Origin: Syntrophales bacterium
GTDB taxonomy: Bacteria; Desulfobacterota; Syntrophia; Syntrophales; UBA2210
Direction of reading: 5' to 3'
Length of the DNA stretch: 64,000 nt
Assembly: GCA_963662405.2 (NCBI GenBank)
Contig: CAXXKT010000001.1
Location: 832,001-896,000 of the forward strand
Below are positions 10,285-21,006 of this stretch, piece by piece. The notes beneath the pieces were generated by a model. The model was not told where the DNA came from, searched no databases, and saw only the letters and a list, made by a program, of their open reading frames with translations. The translations under genes and the position numbers were made by a program. Positions within the stretch are counted from its first letter, which is position 1; each line of letters starts with the position of its first letter.

Positions 10285-11037
10285 TCAGGCCGTTTGCCCG
10301 CGTGACTTTCTCAGGCGCACCGGTTCCGCCTCCCGTTTGCGGATCTTCAGGTTCAGTATCTCGACGCAGGTGGAGAACATCACCGCGAAGTAGATGTATC
10401 CCTTGGGGATGTGAAACCCCATTCCCTCCGCCACGAGGGTCACGCCGATCAGGATGAGAAAACTGAGGGCAAGCATCTTGATGGTCGGATGGGTATCGAC
10501 AAAGGTGCCGATCGGTCCCGCGGCGAACATCATCACCACTACGGCGATGACAATGGCGAGGATCATGATATGGACGTGCTGGGCGAGACCCACGGCGGTG
10601 ATGACCGAGTCGAGGGAAAAAATGATGTCGAGCACCATGATCTCCACCAGGACACCGACAAAGCTCTTCATCGCCGCCCGTCCTCCGGCATGCGGCGCCT
10701 CACCGCTCTCGAGGCTGTTGTGGATCTCGAAGGTACTCTTAATAAAGAGGAAAATACCGCCGCCGATCAGGATGAAGTCGCGCCCTGCGAATTCATGACC
10801 GAAGAGGGTGAGCCAGGGCCGTGTCAGGGTCATGATCCAGACGAGGGAAAGGAGAAGAGCGATTCGGCTTATCATGGCCAGGGCGAGACCGATGACCCGT
10901 GCTCTCTGGCGTCGCCCCTCGGGGAGGCGTCCCACCAGGACGGAGATAAAGATGATATTGTCGATGCCCAGGACGATCTCCAGGGCCGTCAGGGTCGCGA
11001 GGGCAACCCACGATTGAGGGTCAAAAAGCCATTCCAT
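10285..11037 (-). CDS. TerC family membrane protein
   Basis: LEIVLGIDN and DIIFSLDSVITAVG. Confidence 0.93.
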   Translation of the reverse strand: MEWLFDPQSWVALATLTALEIVLGIDNIIFISVLVGRLPEGRRQRARVIGLALAMISRIALLLSLVWIMTLTRPWLTLFGHEFAGRDFILIGGGIFLFIKSTFEIHNSLESGEAPHAGGRAAMKSFVGVLVEIMVLDIIFSLDSVITAVGLAQHVHIMILAIVIAVVVMMFAAGPIGTFVDTHPTIKMLALSFLILIGVTLVAEGMGFHIPKGYIYFAVMFSTCVEILNLKIRKREAEPVRLRKSRGQTA

Positions 11038-11061
11038 GGTGCGCTCCTGTAATGGGCGGTT

Positions 11062-11871
11062 TTATAATATGTCCTTGTTTCTGAGGGCGTGGACAACGAG
11101 AAAGGTGTTCCACTCGCGGTCGGCTTTTCCCCACGTTCCGTCAGGATGCTGCGTTGCGGCGAGATATGCGAAGGCCCTTTTCACCTGCCCTTCGGCCGTC
11201 TTCAGATCGAGATGGGCCAGGGCGTTGACCGTCTGATAGAGGGGGACGGGTTTCCCCCACCGTCCCGACTCCTCCTGGACCGCGGACAGCCGTGGCACGA
11301 GCATCTCCGTGGCTGCATGTCGTGCATAGACGGGGTGGACGACAAGGGCCCGCAGGACATTGTTCGCCGATAACCACCCCGGCTGGTGAGCTCTTTTCGA
11401 AAGGATACGGTGACAGACCCCTTCATACCGGTCCAGGACGGTGGGATCGTGCGTTCGACCAAAGATCGTCGCCAGAAAGAGGGTCGCCCCCATTGCAAAA
11501 ATATGCCACGAACCCGCGGTGAAGGGGAGTGCACCAAGCGTTTCTCCCCGCATGGATTCGCGCGTGAGCGGTTGTCCCCCTCTCACCGGCAGTGCCCGTT
11601 CGATGAGCCAGTCCAGTGCCTTGTCGATCTGTTGATTCGGTTCCCTGACCGTCAGATGGAGACCGAAAAGATGCCGTACCGTCTCGATAATCGAGCCGCC
11701 CCATGAACCGTCCGGGGACTGGCCCGCGAGGAGTTTCTGCGCTGCCTTCTGGAAATCCATCTTCCACCGGGGAGTGAGTTCCTGCCCGAGCCACCGCTGT
11801 CGCGCATAAATCCCGACCGGTGATTGACTGGATGCGAACGGTGTATACGGATTGTGTCTGATAGTCACCAT
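11062..11871 (-). CDS. Hypothetical protein with QW (prenyltransferase/squalene cyclase-like) repeats
   Basis: QSPDGSW, QEESGRW, QHPDGTW. Confidence 0.7.
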   Translation of the reverse strand: MVTIRHNPYTPFASSQSPVGIYARQRWLGQELTPRWKMDFQKAAQKLLAGQSPDGSWGGSIIETVRHLFGLHLTVREPNQQIDKALDWLIERALPVRGGQPLTRESMRGETLGALPFTAGSWHIFAMGATLFLATIFGRTHDPTVLDRYEGVCHRILSKRAHQPGWLSANNVLRALVVHPVYARHAATEMLVPRLSAVQEESGRWGKPVPLYQTVNALAHLDLKTAEGQVKRAFAYLAATQHPDGTWGKADREWNTFLVVHALRNKDIL

Positions 11872-11980
11872 GGCTACACCTCCTTGTCAACCGATCGGCG
11901 GCTCTCCGGATTACGTCACGTTGCCACGCCCCACTTAGACGGGTCTTCTCACCTGTTCCAAAGGGGATGTGGATGCCTCC

Positions 11981-12496
11981 TCAGCCCTGGTATGCCACCT
12001 CGCCTGCGGCCCGTACAATCTCTCCGTAGTAGATCCGGTGGTAATCCTTCTGGGGATAGCTTTCCTCGATGGTAGGATCGAGAAAGTTGTCCGGAGTCAT
12101 ATCCTGCCAGTAGAGCTTTCGGCATTCCAGGATCAGCTCTGCCTCTTGGTATGCAGGTGCCTCCACCACCTTCGATTCGATTACGGTCAGACCCGATTCA
12201 ATGATCTTGTCGGAATCCCTCCCCGATTTTGTCCCCAGGATCGTCAGCGCCTTCTTGTTCTCCTTCGGAAAAGCACAGAGGGTAAAAGTTTGGTATTTAT
12301 CCATATACTGGCGTGTATGACGGGTCGGTCTGACCACCACCTGGACAAAAGGTCTGCCCCACATTCCACCTATGGAACCCCACCCGACCGTCATGGCGTT
12401 GAAGTCGTCACGGGTCCCCGCCGTGAGGAGAAGCCACTGTTTCAGCCATATCCCCACACCACCTACCTGGAACTTTGCCACGTCAATCTCTTTCAT
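11981..12496 (-). CDS. Flavin reductase family protein
   Basis: NAMTVGWG, VRPTRHT, GTKSGRDSDK, HRIYYGEI. ORF open to 12526. Confidence 0.88.
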   Translation of the reverse strand: MKEIDVAKFQVGGVGIWLKQWLLLTAGTRDDFNAMTVGWGSIGGMWGRPFVQVVVRPTRHTRQYMDKYQTFTLCAFPKENKKALTILGTKSGRDSDKIIESGLTVIESKVVEAPAYQEAELILECRKLYWQDMTPDNFLDPTIEESYPQKDYHRIYYGEIVRAAGEVAYQG

Positions 12497-12582
12497 ATGC
12501 TGATCCTCTTTCCTCATTTCACTCAATTGTGAAAAAACTGTTTGCTCGTTTTGCGTTATGACACGAGGGGTTGGCGACGATT

Positions 12583-13107
12583 TTATTGATCCTCCTTTCG
12601 TGCCAATCGCTCCTGTTCATCAAGGATGATCTGTGTAGCCATCCGTGCCGTTTCCCCCACCAGCGTCGAACATTTGTCGGGAAGTCCCGCCGCGAAGGCG
12701 GCCTTCATCTCTTCGGGGTCGTAGAGGTTGTAAAATCGCCCGAACGTTTTTTCCTGTATGTTGAAGCACCGGCAGGTACCGTATTTCTCCACGAACTGGT
12801 CGTGCAATTTCTTTGAAAGGATGCAGGCATGGAGCTGTTTCATCATGTCGGGAAACTCCTCCAGCGACCGGCCGAAAAAGTAACTGATTGCCATCGCTCC
12901 TCCTGACAGCGCTCCGCAGTGTCCGTCCCCGGTGAGACCGACTCCGTCGGCAAGTCCCGTCGCGGCCTTGAAAACCCCCTCGTCCTCAACACCCAGGGCG
13001 TCAAAGATGCCGGCGAGGGCACACTGTCCGCACCCGCCACTCCTCATCTCATACTGTTTCGCCTTTTCGAAAGCCTGTGCCAGTATTTCATCCTTCGCTT
13101 CTTTCAT
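12583..13107 (-). CDS. C_GCAxxG_C_C family putative redox protein
   Basis: GCGQC...CGALSGG...CRC...C pattern. Confidence 0.85.
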   Translation of the reverse strand: MKEAKDEILAQAFEKAKQYEMRSGGCGQCALAGIFDALGVEDEGVFKAATGLADGVGLTGDGHCGALSGGAMAISYFFGRSLEEFPDMMKQLHACILSKKLHDQFVEKYGTCRCFNIQEKTFGRFYNLYDPEEMKAAFAAGLPDKCSTLVGETARMATQIILDEQERLARKEDQ

Positions 13108-13208
13108 GCGAGTCTCTCCCTCCTTCGTATAGTTTCAACTGTCGTCCCACCTTAAAAAAGGCGGCTGAAAAGAGCAACCCCTTAACCGGTATCGAGCTAT
13201 CATTTTCT

Positions 13209-13841
13209 TTATGTAAGGTGCCGCACGCCGGTGACCCAGAAATAGATCCCGAATACGAACAGCATGACGGCGCAGGTGCCGATGATACCGCGATAGATTC
13301 GATCGCTGATGTACCTTCTTCCCCGTGAGACGAAGAGCGAGACGGTGCTGAACCACGCCAGGTCGGAAAGGATATGTCCGGCGAAGAAGATCGCCAGCCC
13401 GAGCACGCCGAATTTCATCGAGACGATCACGTACCCCAGGCCGATCGTTGCCCACCAGATAGTCCAGTAAGGGTTGGCGAGACTCGTGAGGATACCCGCA
13501 ACGACCGGGCCACCCCAGGCACGTTTCCCTTCTGAAAGATCAAGGGTGCGGTATCGTATGCCCCTGAGCATGTCGAAGGACATCCAGAGGAGGACCACAC
13601 CTCCTGCTACCCCGACGATTCCCAAAAGCCAGGGTCGTGCGATCAGGTCCGCGAACCCGAGGAGAAGAAGAACGAGAAGTGTTATCTCAAGGATAGCATG
13701 CCCCAGGACGATGAGAGGGCCGGCGGAAAAACCCCGCCGGGTGGTCTCACTCACGGTTACGGTCAGGACCGGGCCGGGCATCATGGCCCCCGAGAGACCG
13801 ATAATAAATGAAGAGATAAATATCGCTGCCAGTGTTTCCAA
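13209..13841 (-). CDS. LysE family transporter
   Basis: GAMMPGP, LGHAILE, NPYWTIWW; hydrophobic; TTG start. Confidence 0.88.
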   Translation of the reverse strand: METLAAIFISSFIIGLSGAMMPGPVLTVTVSETTRRGFSAGPLIVLGHAILEITLLVLLLLGFADLIARPWLLGIVGVAGGVVLLWMSFDMLRGIRYRTLDLSEGKRAWGGPVVAGILTSLANPYWTIWWATIGLGYVIVSMKFGVLGLAIFFAGHILSDLAWFSTVSLFVSRGRRYISDRIYRGIIGTCAVMLFVFGIYFWVTGVRHLT

Positions 13842-13966
13842 TCGTCACACCTTGTACTGAAACGGCATACCATCGATACGGCCGCTTTTTGATATTGACC
13901 ATGCCCCTTCGGAATTTTTTATCGACTTCACCGGCTGAATTATGTAGTATCACCCTTCCGCAGAGG

Positions 13967-14545
13967 ATGCCAGGTAAAATGAATAGAAGACCTCTCCCGA
14001 TCCGCCTATACGCCGCCACCCTTGTCTGCACGTTGATTTTGTGGGTGTGTGCGGGGGGATCTGCCCAGGCATCAGGACAGGGTGATACCAGGATCCTTGA
14101 AGACGGGGCGTATTTCCCGGCACTGATGGAGATGATTGATCGGGCGAAAAGCGAAATCGTCATGGCCTTCTTCCTCTTCAAGACAAACGGGCACGAAACC
14201 AATCGCCCCGACAGGATAGCCGCCGCTCTCGGCCGCGCTGCCGGACGGGGAATTCGGGTTCGGGTCATTCTTGAAAAACGAAAAGATGATCGGGGTTCCC
14301 TGGCCGATGCGAGCAACGAAGAGACGGCCAGGCGCCTCAAGAAACGGGGAATCGACGTCGGGTTTGATTCACCGCGAACCACCACGCACACGAAGGTGAT
14401 TGTCATAGACGGGCGCTACCTGTTTTTGGGGAGTCATAATCTGACAAACTCCGCGCTCAAATATAATCATGAACTGTCCGTCTGTATTGATTCCCCGTCG
14501 TTGGCGGGGGAGGTTTTACGCTATATCAACACGCTCGATAGATAA
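13967..14545 (+). CDS. Single-HKD phospholipase D/Nuc-like exported protein
   Basis: HTKVIVID...GSHN...NHE; N-terminal hydrophobic segment. Start uncertain. Confidence 0.85.
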   Translation: MPGKMNRRPLPIRLYAATLVCTLILWVCAGGSAQASGQGDTRILEDGAYFPALMEMIDRAKSEIVMAFFLFKTNGHETNRPDRIAAALGRAAGRGIRVRVILEKRKDDRGSLADASNEETARRLKKRGIDVGFDSPRTTTHTKVIVIDGRYLFLGSHNLTNSALKYNHELSVCIDSPSLAGEVLRYINTLDR

Positions 14546-14552
14546 AAGGCTT

Positions 14553-16463
14553 ATGAAACGCTCATCACCGATAATAGTCTTGTTCTGTGCGGCTCTCGCG
14601 CTTTTTGCCGCTGGCTGTGCCAGAGCCCCGGTAAAGTCCACCCCCCCGCCCGTCCAAACGGGGATACCGGCGGCGGCGATCCAGTCATTCGACAGTGCCG
14701 AGGCGGCATATGGGAAAGGGCGTTTTGATGAGGCAATGGCCCTGTACAACGAACTCCTCAGGCGCTTTCCATCGGGACGAGTGGCCTTCGTTTCCCATCT
14801 CAGAAAGGGAGAGATATTCGCCTCCCGCGGGGAATACGACCAGGCCATCGAAGAACTGACACTCCTCCCCGCAGGATTCGAGAAGGATCCCCTTTCTGCC
14901 GAGGCCCGGTACTATCTGGCCCTTTCCCATATGGGATTGAAGCAGTATGAACCTGCGGATGAGATTGTCAAGGCGCTTCTCCATGAAACGGTTCCCTCGT
15001 ATCTCAAGGCCACGGTTGAGTACCTGAAGGGGGATATTCTTGCACAGAAAGGCGATCAGAGGGGGGCTCTCAACTGGTACCTGCGAGCGCTTGGAAGCGG
15101 GCCGGAAAAAGGGCTGAAAGGATCGATTCAAAAGAAAGCCGGTGAGATCATCACCACGTTCCTCTCCCTGTATGAACTCACAGAGATGGAGGAGGAGTAC
15201 ACCTGGGGGGTATTCCCTTCGGGGTACATCGCCTATGGCCTCGCCAAGGCCTCTTATCGAGCGAGGGATTTTGACGGGGCGGAGAGATACCTGGAGCGTC
15301 TCCTTTCGGATACCGGGCACCCCCTGCTCGAAGAAGCGAAATCTCTCAGCAGGAGAATCGTCGCCGCGAGACTGGTGAATCCAACGGCGATCGGGTGTGT
15401 TCTTCCCCTCACCGGGAGGTATGCCTCCTACGGCAGGCGGGTCTTGGATGCTATTATCCTCGCCTCCGGGGTATTTGATCCCTGGCAAGATACCCCCATC
15501 GAGCTCTTCATTGAAGACTCGAAGGGTGATCCCGCGACCGCCCGAGAGGCGATGAAGCGGTTGGCCACAGAGCATCGTGTGATCGGTATTATCGGACCGC
15601 TCGGGAGCGCGGCTTCCCAAGCAGCTGCAGAGGAGGCTCAGGAACTGGGAACTCCCACTATCACACTGACCCAGATGATGGGCATCACCGAGACGGGTAA
15701 TTACGTCTTCCGAAACTTTCTGACAGGCGGAGCCCAAATCCATACCCTCGTTTCTTATGCCATGCAAAACCTTGGTATAATGGATTTCGCCATTCTCTAT
15801 CCCAGTGACCCGTATGGGACAGAGATGATGTACCTTTTCTGGGATGAGGTGCTTCGGCAGGGGGGGACGATGCGGGGGGTGGAGACATATGTTCCCGGGC
15901 AGACCACTGACTTCAGCGGGCAGATCAAAGCGCTCGTGGGGCTGAACCAGTCCGAGGAAGACGAACCGGAGAAAAAGACCAATCCGGTCGTGGATTTTGA
16001 TGCGCTCTTTATACCCGATTCCCCCTCCGTGGTCAGTATGATAGCCCCGCAGTTGGCCTTCTATGATGTCATCGGGGTGCAGCTTATGGGAACCAATATC
16101 TGGAATTCTTTGGAGTTACTGAAAGAAAACAACGAATACCTTGAAGGTGCCATTTTTACCGATTGCTTTTTTCTGAACAGTACCCGACCCGAGGTCAGGG
16201 AGTTTATCGATCGGTTTTACGTTGCATGGGGGAGAGAACCCGACAGTGTCGAGGCCCTTGCGTACGAAACGGCACAAATCATCGTCAAACTGATCGCGGA
16301 AGGGGCAGTTGAGATCAGAGAAGATCTGAGGGATCAGCTCTCACGAATTGAAAACTACCCCGGCATAACGGGCACGATTTCCTTTTTGGATGAGCGAGAC
16401 GCTCAAAGACCTCTCCACATCCTCGCGGTAGTGGATAACGAGATTATCCGAATCCGCCCGTAG
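14553..16463 (+). CDS. LpoA-like lipoprotein (TPR repeats plus periplasmic binding fold)
   Basis: Lipobox FAAGC, TPR-like repeats, LPLTG, IIGPL, DFDALFIPD. Confidence 0.85.
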   Translation: MKRSSPIIVLFCAALALFAAGCARAPVKSTPPPVQTGIPAAAIQSFDSAEAAYGKGRFDEAMALYNELLRRFPSGRVAFVSHLRKGEIFASRGEYDQAIEELTLLPAGFEKDPLSAEARYYLALSHMGLKQYEPADEIVKALLHETVPSYLKATVEYLKGDILAQKGDQRGALNWYLRALGSGPEKGLKGSIQKKAGEIITTFLSLYELTEMEEEYTWGVFPSGYIAYGLAKASYRARDFDGAERYLERLLSDTGHPLLEEAKSLSRRIVAARLVNPTAIGCVLPLTGRYASYGRRVLDAIILASGVFDPWQDTPIELFIEDSKGDPATAREAMKRLATEHRVIGIIGPLGSAASQAAAEEAQELGTPTITLTQMMGITETGNYVFRNFLTGGAQIHTLVSYAMQNLGIMDFAILYPSDPYGTEMMYLFWDEVLRQGGTMRGVETYVPGQTTDFSGQIKALVGLNQSEEDEPEKKTNPVVDFDALFIPDSPSVVSMIAPQLAFYDVIGVQLMGTNIWNSLELLKENNEYLEGAIFTDCFFLNSTRPEVREFIDRFYVAWGREPDSVEALAYETAQIIVKLIAEGAVEIREDLRDQLSRIENYPGITGTISFLDERDAQRPLHILAVVDNEIIRIRP

Positions 16464-16490
16464 CATGAATCATCATCACCTGCGGCCGGG

Positions 16491-16832
16491 TCAGGTCGTC
16501 TCCGCACCCGTCGGAATAAGGCACATGAAACGAAACACGGTCCCGCCCCGGTTTGTCAGGCAGTGCTCCTCGTTCGGGGGGATAAAAATCGTGTCACCTT
16601 CCCCCACCGGTGTTTCAACCCCCTTCCCGTTTCTGGCAACCGCCTCACCCTGCAGCACGAATATCTCATGTTCCCAGGGATGCTCATGCAGGGGGCTGGA
16701 CGCCCCCGGATCCAGGTCGAAGATCCTCATGATGAAATTCGGTGCCCCTTCATCCTCTCCGATGACGACCCGTTTCTTGACTCCTTCCATCATCGGAGCG
16801 GCTTCCACATCTTCATAATGGCGAATCAGCAA
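16491..16832 (-). CDS. Cupin domain protein
   Basis: HEHPWEHE and FIPPNEEH. Confidence 0.88.
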   Translation of the reverse strand: MLIRHYEDVEAAPMMEGVKKRVVIGEDEGAPNFIMRIFDLDPGASSPLHEHPWEHEIFVLQGEAVARNGKGVETPVGEGDTIFIPPNEEHCLTNRGGTVFRFMCLIPTGAETT

Positions 16833-16874
16833 TGCCCGTGCCCTCTCTTTCCTGGAATTCCCGAATCCGGCCGC

Positions 16875-17591
16875 CTATGCCTCAGCCGCCGATTTAAGAT
16901 CGGCTTTACGTCTGGAGGGAATCTTTTTGTACTTCAGCGACGATCTGATCGTACCCACAATTTGTTCCGTGCCAAGAAACTCCGTATTGATGACGAGATC
17001 GTAATTAGCGGGATCCTCGATGTCCACCTTGAAATTCTGTTTCACCGAATCTCTCCGTTCGGCGTCTTTCAGGAGGATCTGTTTCCGTGCCTCTTCTTCT
17101 GCAATGCCGACTTCCTGAGCCATATTGCGAACCCGTGCCTCCAGAGAAGCAATGAACCGCACGCGCAAGGTCTCTTCGGGTGGGAGAATCAGGTTGGCAC
17201 CCCTTCCGATAATAAGGACTTCCCCCTGCTCTCCGATGGCACCGATCACCTTCGTCAGGTGGCGCACATATTCGTCGGACCGGAGAAAGCGGGTGGTTTT
17301 CAGGTATAGTATCCAGTTGTCGAGAAGACTCCGTGTCTTTTCATCAAGATACGAGACAATCTTCTCGCTCATCCTGACACTTTTCGCCACCTCGTGAATG
17401 ATCTTACCATCAATAATATCGAGATTGAGTTCCTGTGATATCTTTTGCACCAGGGCATTGCCGATACTTCCCGTCTCTCGCGAGACGGTGACGACCGGCA
17501 GGGGTACTTCACCCTTGTTTTTCCTTCTCTCGTTGGAGACTTCCCATTTCTTTACCTGTTCTTCGATAAGACGATCAAGTTCCGGCACCAT
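16875..17591 (-). CDS. Cytidylate kinase-like family protein
   Basis: VTVSRETGSIG, IIGRGA, YDLVINT; GAGGAGG RBS before MVPEL. Confidence 0.88.
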   Translation of the reverse strand: MVPELDRLIEEQVKKWEVSNERRKNKGEVPLPVVTVSRETGSIGNALVQKISQELNLDIIDGKIIHEVAKSVRMSEKIVSYLDEKTRSLLDNWILYLKTTRFLRSDEYVRHLTKVIGAIGEQGEVLIIGRGANLILPPEETLRVRFIASLEARVRNMAQEVGIAEEEARKQILLKDAERRDSVKQNFKVDIEDPANYDLVINTEFLGTEQIVGTIRSSLKYKKIPSRRKADLKSAAEA

Positions 17592-17683
17592 AGCTTCCCT
17601 CCTCGTGGTTGCATACAGACTCGAAAAGACCCACCATCTCGAACAATACGTCATGTTAAATGTAGTACACTGCCCGGAGGCTG

Positions 17684-18634
17684 TCAATACTTTTTCAGTT
17701 TTGCGACCCTGTGCCACATGCCGAGCAGGCGCACAGCAACCATCGCCAGGAGGAGACGTGGCACCCACAACCAGAACAGGCTGATACCAAAGGGAAGAAA
17801 GAGCGCCGGGTCCTCGATCACGGCATGGTTGATCCCGATGGAGAGCTGGAGCGACTCCAACTCCTCTTTCGTGAGGCCTCCCTTTCCCGCCTCTTCTACA
17901 ATGACCGCGCCACCATAGGCGATACCGAACAGGGCAGCGGCTATCCACATGATCCCGACCCGTTCGCTCAACCCCATGATCCTCAGGAGCGGGGCAAGAA
18001 ACCGGACGATACGATCTATGAGCCCGAACATCTTTAGGATCTCCAGAAGCGTCATGACGCATAGGATGATGAGGAGTATCTGGATGGTCAATCCCGCCAT
18101 CACCTGCCCCCACCGAATAATCATTTCCGTGAAGGCCTGACTTGCAGCGATATCGGCCGTCGCGATAGTCCCGCCGGCAGACGGTCCGGTCGTGTCCACA
18201 AAAGGAGCGATAATCATGATGGTCATAGAGGCGAAGACAATACGAAGGAGCGTGGCCTTGAAGACCCCCATCCCCGATTTTCCCTGGATGATCCCTTCCT
18301 GGATCAGGTTGTGGGCAATGAGGAGAAAGACGGCGATCAGGGTCATTTCCCCGACATTCAGGGGGAGAACCGCCATCGCAGCGATCCCACCGTAAATGCC
18401 GGTCAGTACCCCGATCAGGAGCGGGAGTGCCGCAATATCCGGAAGACTCAGGACCCCCATGGCCGGCCGGATCACAAAATCAATCCGTTCCATCCATCCG
18501 CTCCACGCGAGGAGCGCGGTCAAAAAGGAGATGGGAATGATAATCTGCATCATCCAGACAAAACCCCGCCACCCTTTGCCGATCCCTACGGTGAAGGCCT
18601 GCTTCAGCCGTGCCCTCTGTGTCTGTTTATCCAT
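17684..18634 (-). CDS. Nucleoside-recognition (Gate) domain membrane protein
   Basis: Multi-TM; GIYGG, HNLIQE, HAVIED. Confidence 0.75.
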   Translation of the reverse strand: MDKQTQRARLKQAFTVGIGKGWRGFVWMMQIIIPISFLTALLAWSGWMERIDFVIRPAMGVLSLPDIAALPLLIGVLTGIYGGIAAMAVLPLNVGEMTLIAVFLLIAHNLIQEGIIQGKSGMGVFKATLLRIVFASMTIMIIAPFVDTTGPSAGGTIATADIAASQAFTEMIIRWGQVMAGLTIQILLIILCVMTLLEILKMFGLIDRIVRFLAPLLRIMGLSERVGIMWIAAALFGIAYGGAVIVEEAGKGGLTKEELESLQLSIGINHAVIEDPALFLPFGISLFWLWVPRLLLAMVAVRLLGMWHRVAKLKKY

Positions 18635-18673
18635 AGAAAGACTGGTACGACCTCCGAGAGAGAAAAAACGGCA

Positions 18674-19534
18674 TCACTCAAATATGATCGTCTTGGAGCC
18701 GAACACCACGATCCGGTGTTCCAAGTGGAGCCTGACCGCTTTTGAGAGGACCGACCGCTCCAGATCCTTTCCCTTGAGTTTCATGGTATTTACCGAATCC
18801 TTGTGGGTGATCTTGATGACATCCTGGGCGATGATGGGGCCCTCATCCAGCTTCTCAGTCACGTAGTGACTGGTGGCACCGATGACCTTCACCCCCCGGT
18901 CATACGCCTGCCGGTAGGGGTTCCCTCCCGCGAAGGCGGGGAGGAAGGAGTGGTGTATATTAATGATCCTCCCGGGATATCGATTGACGAAGTCCGGACT
19001 CAAGACCTGCATGTACCGCGCCAGGACAATCAGATCGATCCCTTCCTTTTCAATCTCTGCGATCTCCCGCTCCTCCTGCTCTTTCTTGCTCTCCGGTGTG
19101 ATCGGATAGTGCCGGTAGGAGAGACCGAAAAAATCGGTGAGCGGTTCGATATCCTTATGATTACTGATGATCAGCGGTATCTGTGCCTTGAACTCCCCCA
19201 TCTGATGCCTCAGGATCAGGTCGTGGAAGCAGTAGAAATGCCGGGAGACGAAGATCGCGATCTTCGGGATATGATCGGAAAAATGTATCGTCCACCGCAT
19301 CCCGAATCGTTGTATGAGAGGAGCGAGTGCTCCCTCCAGTTCATCTCGGCCGAGGGTAAACCCATTGAGATCCCATTCCACCCGCATGAACAACATATTC
19401 TCCGGTTGGATCGAATACTGATCCGCATCCAGGATGTTGCCGTTATGCCTAGCTATGAAACCGGATACCGCGGCCACAATCCCCGTCTGGTCGGGGCAGG
19501 ACAAAAGTAAGGTGGCTGTCGATTGATCCATCAT
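18674..19534 (-). CDS. purU: Formyltetrahydrofolate deformylase
   Basis: ACT domain CPDQTGIV, LARYMQVLS, INIHHSFLPAF, LDEGPII. Confidence 0.95.
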   Translation of the reverse strand: MMDQSTATLLLSCPDQTGIVAAVSGFIARHNGNILDADQYSIQPENMLFMRVEWDLNGFTLGRDELEGALAPLIQRFGMRWTIHFSDHIPKIAIFVSRHFYCFHDLILRHQMGEFKAQIPLIISNHKDIEPLTDFFGLSYRHYPITPESKKEQEEREIAEIEKEGIDLIVLARYMQVLSPDFVNRYPGRIINIHHSFLPAFAGGNPYRQAYDRGVKVIGATSHYVTEKLDEGPIIAQDVIKITHKDSVNTMKLKGKDLERSVLSKAVRLHLEHRIVVFGSKTIIFE

Positions 19535-19670
19535 ATGTAATCCTTTTCTGAAAGATATTGTCCATATATGAAAATGATCTCCCAAGTCAAGAAAGGTTTG
19601 CCAAAAGCGAGTGGTGTGATATAACGACCCTCCATTAGTTGTTGCTGAGATGTATGAAGGGGAGACTCCT

Positions 19671-20063
19671 ATGAATCTGATGGAAAAGATATTTCTTCCC
19701 AACGGCTTGGTCATGCAGGTGTGGGATCGATCTCGTGCCATTGCCGCCGACACGACGAAAGTTGAGTTGCACGTAGCGATTCCGGTCGTGGTAAAAGAAG
19801 AATACTTCAGCGACCCCGATCAATGCCGACGGGTCATCGCAATTTTTGGTTCGGAGATTACATACGAGTATACAAAGGAGCGAACATTTGTCAGCACAGC
19901 CGACAGTGGAAAGATTTTCGCCGACTTGCTGGAGGACTTCAGGAGAGATGCGCTCCCCTACCTGTCGAAGTCCAATTTTCCCATGCGGTTCGCCCTGTCG
20001 AAGCTGAGTGAGATACTCCGGTACCCGCATCGGTACCGGGATGCGGATCCTGTCCGCGAATAA
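19671..20063 (+). CDS. Hypothetical protein
   Basis: GGGGAG RBS; upstream of mdh on the same strand. Confidence 0.7.
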   Translation: MNLMEKIFLPNGLVMQVWDRSRAIAADTTKVELHVAIPVVVKEEYFSDPDQCRRVIAIFGSEITYEYTKERTFVSTADSGKIFADLLEDFRRDALPYLSKSNFPMRFALSKLSEILRYPHRYRDADPVRE

Positions 20064-20079
20064 TTTACGGAGAGATACC

Positions 20080-21006
20080 ATGGAAAAAAAGGTTTCGGTA
20101 GTCGGAGCCGGTTTTGTGGGGACAATGGTCGCCCAGAGGATTGCGGAGAAGGATCTGGCCGATGTCACCCTGCTCGATATCGTCGAAGGACTCCCACAGG
20201 GGAAGGCCCTCGATATCATGCAGTCGGCACCGATTGAAGGATTTGCCCGAAAAGTAACAGGTTCGAATGATTTCGCCGATACGGCGCGTTCGGATATCGT
20301 CGTCTTTACCGCCGGATTTCCCCGGACCCCGGGGATGAGCCGGGATGCACTGGCCCTGAAGAACGGGGGAATCGTCCGATCCGTGATCGAAGAGATCGCG
20401 CGGTATGCCCCCGATTGCATTATCATCATGGTGACCAACCCCCTCGATGTGATGACCCATATCGCCTGGAAGACATCGGGCTTTTCTTCTCAGCGTGTCA
20501 TGGGTATGGGGGGGGTACTCGACACCGCACGCTACCGGGCCTTTCTCGCCGAAGAGCTTGGTGTGCACCCTGGCGAGATTGAGGCGCTTGTGCTGGGGAG
20601 TCACGGAGATACGATGGTTCCGGTAGAAATCAATACGACCGTCAAGGGTGTGCCCGTCGGTCGGCTCATACAAAAGGAACGACTGGAAGCGATTATCGAG
20701 CGCACCAAGAAGGGGGGAGCTGAAATCGTCGGACTCCTCAAATCCGGAAGCGCCTGGCATGCCCCGTCATCCTCGGTGGTTGCCATGGTGGAAGCGATCC
20801 TCACCGACAGTAAGAGCTGCCTTCCCGCTTCGGCATACCTGACGGGTCAGTACGGCATCCCGGATGTCTATATCGGCGTTCCGGTGAAGCTCGGCGCGGC
20901 GGGGGTCGAGGAGATATACGAGATAACCCTTTCGGACAGCGAATTGGAAGGCCTCCGGCGCTCAGCGGAGACTGTCCGTGAAACATTGAACAACCTTGGA
21001 ATTTAA
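20080..21006 (+). CDS. mdh: Malate dehydrogenase (LDH-like)
   Basis: GAGFVG, PRTPGMSRD, TNPLD, LDTAR, GSHGD, GGAEIV. Confidence 0.93.
   Translation: MEKKVSVVGAGFVGTMVAQRIAEKDLADVTLLDIVEGLPQGKALDIMQSAPIEGFARKVTGSNDFADTARSDIVVFTAGFPRTPGMSRDALALKNGGIVRSVIEEIARYAPDCIIIMVTNPLDVMTHIAWKTSGFSSQRVMGMGGVLDTARYRAFLAEELGVHPGEIEALVLGSHGDTMVPVEINTTVKGVPVGRLIQKERLEAIIERTKKGGAEIVGLLKSGSAWHAPSSSVVAMVEAILTDSKSCLPASAYLTGQYGIPDVYIGVPVKLGAAGVEEIYEITLSDSELEGLRRSAETVRETLNNLGI

Noticed and set aside
12583..13107. Selenoprotein form of the C_GCAxxG_C_C protein
   Set aside because: The frame is intact with Cys codons and has no internal TGA.
13967..14545. PLD nuclease as a defence component
   Set aside because: It has an export-type N-terminus and is coupled to an LpoA-like envelope gene, with no helicase or methylase nearby.
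17581..17591. TCCGGCACCAT matching the tRNA-Leu 3' end as a second att site
   Set aside because: Only 11 bp, it coincides with a gene start codon, and the intervening genes look like ordinary chromosome.
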